The position numbers and the translations under genes were made by a program. The notes beneath the pieces are model-generated. The model saw nothing but the letters and a program-made list of their open reading frames with translations. It had not been told where the DNA came from and made no database searches. 64,000 bases of DNA. Source: Macrostomum hystrix (taxonomy: Eukaryota > Animalia > Platyhelminthes). The stretch spans positions 3,596,001-3,660,000 of the forward strand of contig CATNEN010000008.1 in the NCBI GenBank assembly GCA_950097015.1. The letters are read 5' to 3'. Shown in pieces: positions 60,222 to 64,000 of this stretch (position 1 is the first letter of the stretch; each line of letters begins with the position of its first letter).

Positions 60222-60320
60222 TAGTACTCAGGCAAGCCTCTTGAGTCTCTACATTAGTACTCAGGCAAGCCTCTTGAGTCTCTACATTAGTACTCAGGCA
60301 AGCCTCTTGAGTCTCTACAT
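60222..60320. repeat. 33-bp triplicate (tagtactcaggcaagcctcttgagtctctacat)
   Basis: Three exact tandem copies. Confidence 0.9.
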
Positions 60321-60544
60321 CGGAAGTTGAATAGCAGGGTCGGGTCGGGGCAGGAATTAAAGACGCATTTGGGTGAGAACTGGCCTACTTGGGTAAAAGT
60401 ACAACTACTTTTAGCTATGCACGGTGATTGAGGCAGCACCTGTACCCATTATTTCTGAGCCTATTACAAGGTAGCACGATTTTATGGCCTGATTTAAAAG
60501 TACAAACATTAAGCTAAACGGGTCAGTTCAAGAATGAGAAAATC

Positions 60545-60835
60545 GATGTCTAGAAATGAAATTCAGGTTGGCGATTTCTTAGAAACAGACTAAAGCCGGG
60601 GATTTCTAGGAAAAAAATCTGACAGTCGATTCGTAGTACCAAGATTCAAGTCGATACTTAGGAATGAGTGTGCGATTTCTAGGAATTACAGTCGGATTGA
60701 CGATTTCTAGGAATTAGAGTAAGTTTGACGATTTCTAGGAATTAGAGTCGGGTTGACAATTGCTTGGAATGATATTCGGGTTGACTATTTCTAGGAATTA
60801 GATTCCGGCTGACGATTTCTAGGAATGAAATTGAA
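60545..60835. repeat. Old degenerate ~28-bp repeat (gacgatttctaggaattagagtcgggtt)
   Basis: The core gatttctagga(a) recurs about eight times. Confidence 0.7.
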
Positions 60836-61494
60836 GGTACTAGACGACTTTTTAAATATAAAATTGAGGTAATTAAATGTGATTTTCGTTGTTTTACTTT
60901 GTGCTTTATATACTTTTATAACAAAATAATATATTTAAAGGTAACTTAGAGATGCCACATGCCTGAAATCTTTCGTTTAAACAATACAAAATTTCAACTG
61001 AAGGTCGGAACAAATAATTAACAGCGTCTATTTATACTTTAACAAAAATTCGCTAGAAATTCGCATTGTCGCCTACTGAAAGCAGTAGGCTAAATGGGAC
61101 ATGACACCTACTTCATCAAGTGTCGTTAAATACGCAGTTGATGGTTAAAAGTCGCTCCAGAATTGTTAATTATCCCTCTTAAAATTGCTTCATTTAGGAA
61201 AGGTTCTCATTCTTGAATACAGCTTAAAAATAATCGCTCAGTGTCTGTATGCTCAAGCTAGTCAGACTATCAGCTACGGGTCAATATTATCTTGGAGAAG
61301 GCAGCCCCAGGTATTGATTTTGGCAGGTAATTCTCACGCTGGGATATTGAATAAAATGTTGGCCAATTTGGTTGCTAGAAATTTTCTATAATTTTTTCGC
61401 TGTCTTCCTGCTGCACTGCCGCTGACTGGAAGAGAAGTTAAATTCCCATAATTTATTTAAAGAATATTTTCAAATATTACAAAGTTCATTGGAA

Positions 61495-62716
61495 CCCGTG
61501 GAAGTCGATTGGAACCCGTGGAAGTCAATTGCAACCTTTGGAAGAAGAATGGAACCTGTGGAAGTAGATTGGTACCTATGGAAGTAGATTGGAACCTGTG
61601 GAAATAGATTGGAACCTACGGAAGTAGATTGGAACCTATGGAAGTAGATTGAAACCTGTGGAAGTAGATTGGAACCTACGGAAGTAGATTGGAACCTGTG
61701 GAAGTAGATTGGAACCTACGGAAGTAGATTGGAACCTACGGAAGTAGATAGGAACCTATGGAAGTAGATTGAAACCTGTGGAAGTTGATTGGAACCTACG
61801 GAAGTAGATTGGTACCTATGGAAGTAGATTGGAACCTGTGAAAATAGATTGGAACCTACGGAAGTAGATTGGAACCTATGGAAGTAGATTGAAACCTGTG
61901 GAAGTAGATTGGAACCTACGGAAGTAGATTGGAACCTGTGGAAGTAGATTGGAACCTACGGAAGTAGATTGGAACCTACGGAAGTAGATAGGAACCTATG
62001 GAAGTAGATTGAAACCTGTGGAAGTAGATTGGAACCTACGGAAGTAGATTTGAACCTACGGAAGTAGATAGGAACCTGTGGAAGTAGATTGGAACCTGTG
62101 GAAGTAGATTGGTACCTATGGAAGTAGATTGGAACCTGTGGAAGTAGATTGGAACCTACGGAAGTAGATTGTTACCTATGGAAGTAGATTGGAACCTGTG
62201 GAAGTAGATTGGAACCTACGGAAGTAGATTGGAACCTGTGGAAGTAGATTGGTACCTATGGAAGTAGATTGGAACCTATGGAAGTAGATTGGAACCTATT
62301 GAAGTAGATTGGAACCTACGGAAGTAGATTGGAACCTGTGGAAGTAGATTGGTACCTATGGAAGTAGATTGGTACCTATGGAAGTAGATTGGAACCTATT
62401 GAAGTAGATTGGAACCTACGGAAGTAGATTGGAACCTGTGGAAGTAGATTGGAACCTATGGAAGTAGATTGGAACCTGTGGAAGTAGATTGGAACCTGTG
62501 GAAGTAGATTGGAACCTGTGGAAGTAGATTGAAACCTACGGAAGTAGATTGAAACCTGTGGAAGTAGATTGAAACCTACGGAAGTAGATTGGAACCTATG
62601 GAAGTAGATTGAAACCTGTGGAAGTAGATTGGAACCTGCGGAAGTAGATTGGAACCTACGGAAGTAGATTGGAACCTATGGAAGAAGAATGGAACCTGCG
62701 GAAGTAGATTGGAACC
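61495..62716. repeat. 20-bp minisatellite (ggaagtagattggaacctgt), ~60 copies
   Basis: Direct tandem repetition with small variants. Confidence 0.96.
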
Positions 62717-64000
62717 AGAAAGCAGAAAGCAGAATGTGTAAGTAGAAACACTGGGTGATAAAATCATTGAACTACGCTCGTAGAGTTAGAAAAAGACTTT
62801 CAAGTTTTTTCTATTGATTGGGATGTGAAACGCTCAGTGTTAAATAAAAACCTCACTTCTTGTAATTACACAGCAGAAGCAAAAATGTGTTGGTAAAACA
62901 AGAAAAAGAAGAAGCAGCTGCTTTGGCGGCAGAACAAGCAAAATGGAAATTGTGAGCAAATTTTGGCGAAGTTTCTTCAGCAAAAGGAACACCTGAGCAA
63001 TGAATGGAAAGTGATGATGAAATCGACAGTGAAGGTGGGCCGGTAGAATAAACATTTCTAGCTGTCCCAGTCAAATTGGCCTACCAATTTGGGCGCAGAG
63101 CTTACCACTAAGCACTGTTTGCCGTATAATCCAGAAACATAACTGAATTTTTCATAACTAAACGAAAGAAAGGCAAAGATTTCAAAGTATTTTATGTGCT
63201 GGCAGTTTTGGGAAAATATTTAACTCATCGGGGTAGCGCAATTGTTTGACTGTCAAATATGCCACAAACTTATATTGTGCGAGAATTGGCCTAAAAAATA
63301 GAGACGGCCTTAACGGAAGGTCCGGCAAAAGTGTCGACAATCGGCTTGGCTGCGGCTTCCGGTGTGAAGTCACGGCTGTATTTTCTAGGAAATCAAAAAG
63401 TGAGAAAGAGGCTGCTGTGTGAGCAGCTGAGGCTGACTGGGCTTTGTAGAAACGGGAATCGCATTCTACAATGCGAGAAGGCCTTCCGTCATCTCTTTCT
63501 CTGCCCTGACTCACTCAATGTTAGAGAGAGCATGTTTGATAGCATTCAAATTCCTCTTGGCCTTTTGACTGCTCCTGAGCTGTCGGTGGTATTAAAAATA
63601 TTTCTATATATATATACATATACATATGAGGAGTGTGACACAGGGTTTCCTGTTTCTGAGTGTGTCTCTGTAGTTACTCTTTTTCTTTTGCTCTATATTT
63701 TATTTCTTTTAATCACGATGAAAGAAGAAAATTGAAGGCTTAAGTCCGGGCGGGATGAGGGAGGCCTCATAAAAATCTGATGGAAAAGATTTGACTGAAT
63801 TTGAACAAGCGCTAGATGAGGCTATACTGCTGCTGCTGCTGCTGTGCCGACAGGAAATGAAACATTGGAGATTGGAATAATAAAAGCTGACTTAGGACGA
63901 GGATCAATAGCCAGTCCATAATCCTGGGAAGATTGTCGATTAGAGACTCAAAGAGCGATAATTGTTCCCTGGTGAGGAAAGGAGAGAAGGAGTGAGATGG

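Noticed and set aside
63331-63735. 134-aa ORF
   Set aside because: Non-ATG start, no recognisable domain, and the 3' half runs into AT-rich low-complexity sequence.

Overview
Eukaryotic, intron-containing genomic DNA from an invertebrate animal. GC-rich exons with poly-Q/poly-A tracts and a very high density of unrelated short tandem arrays suggest a free-living flatworm such as Macrostomum; this is inference, not a database match. By rough hand count about 40% of the window is micro/minisatellite, and most long entries in the ORF track are artefacts of these arrays. Supportable genes, with splice models worked out by hand and checked for phase: two intact PLAC8/cornifelin-family genes plus a third disabled copy, a large orphan locus of two ORFs that can be spliced into one 1141-aa frame, a 5-exon glutamate-carboxypeptidase-II/transferrin-receptor-like (M28B) gene lacking most catalytic residues, a 3-exon class A peptide GPCR, and 3-exon GCLM. 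Mobile DNA: a full-length DD34E Tc1 element nested in an internally deleted maT/DD37D-like element, a tRNA-headed SINE family (one copy with a 15-bp TSD), a 5-kb structure bounded by ~450-bp inverted arms, and a ~300-bp MITE-like inverted repeat. No CRISPR array, rRNA or true tRNA gene was found, and I cannot demonstrate a new biological system here. The strongest leads are the inverted-arm element, the orphan locus, the pseudo-peptidase, the SINE hairpin carrying hammerhead-core words, and a repeated AATGTACATT module.
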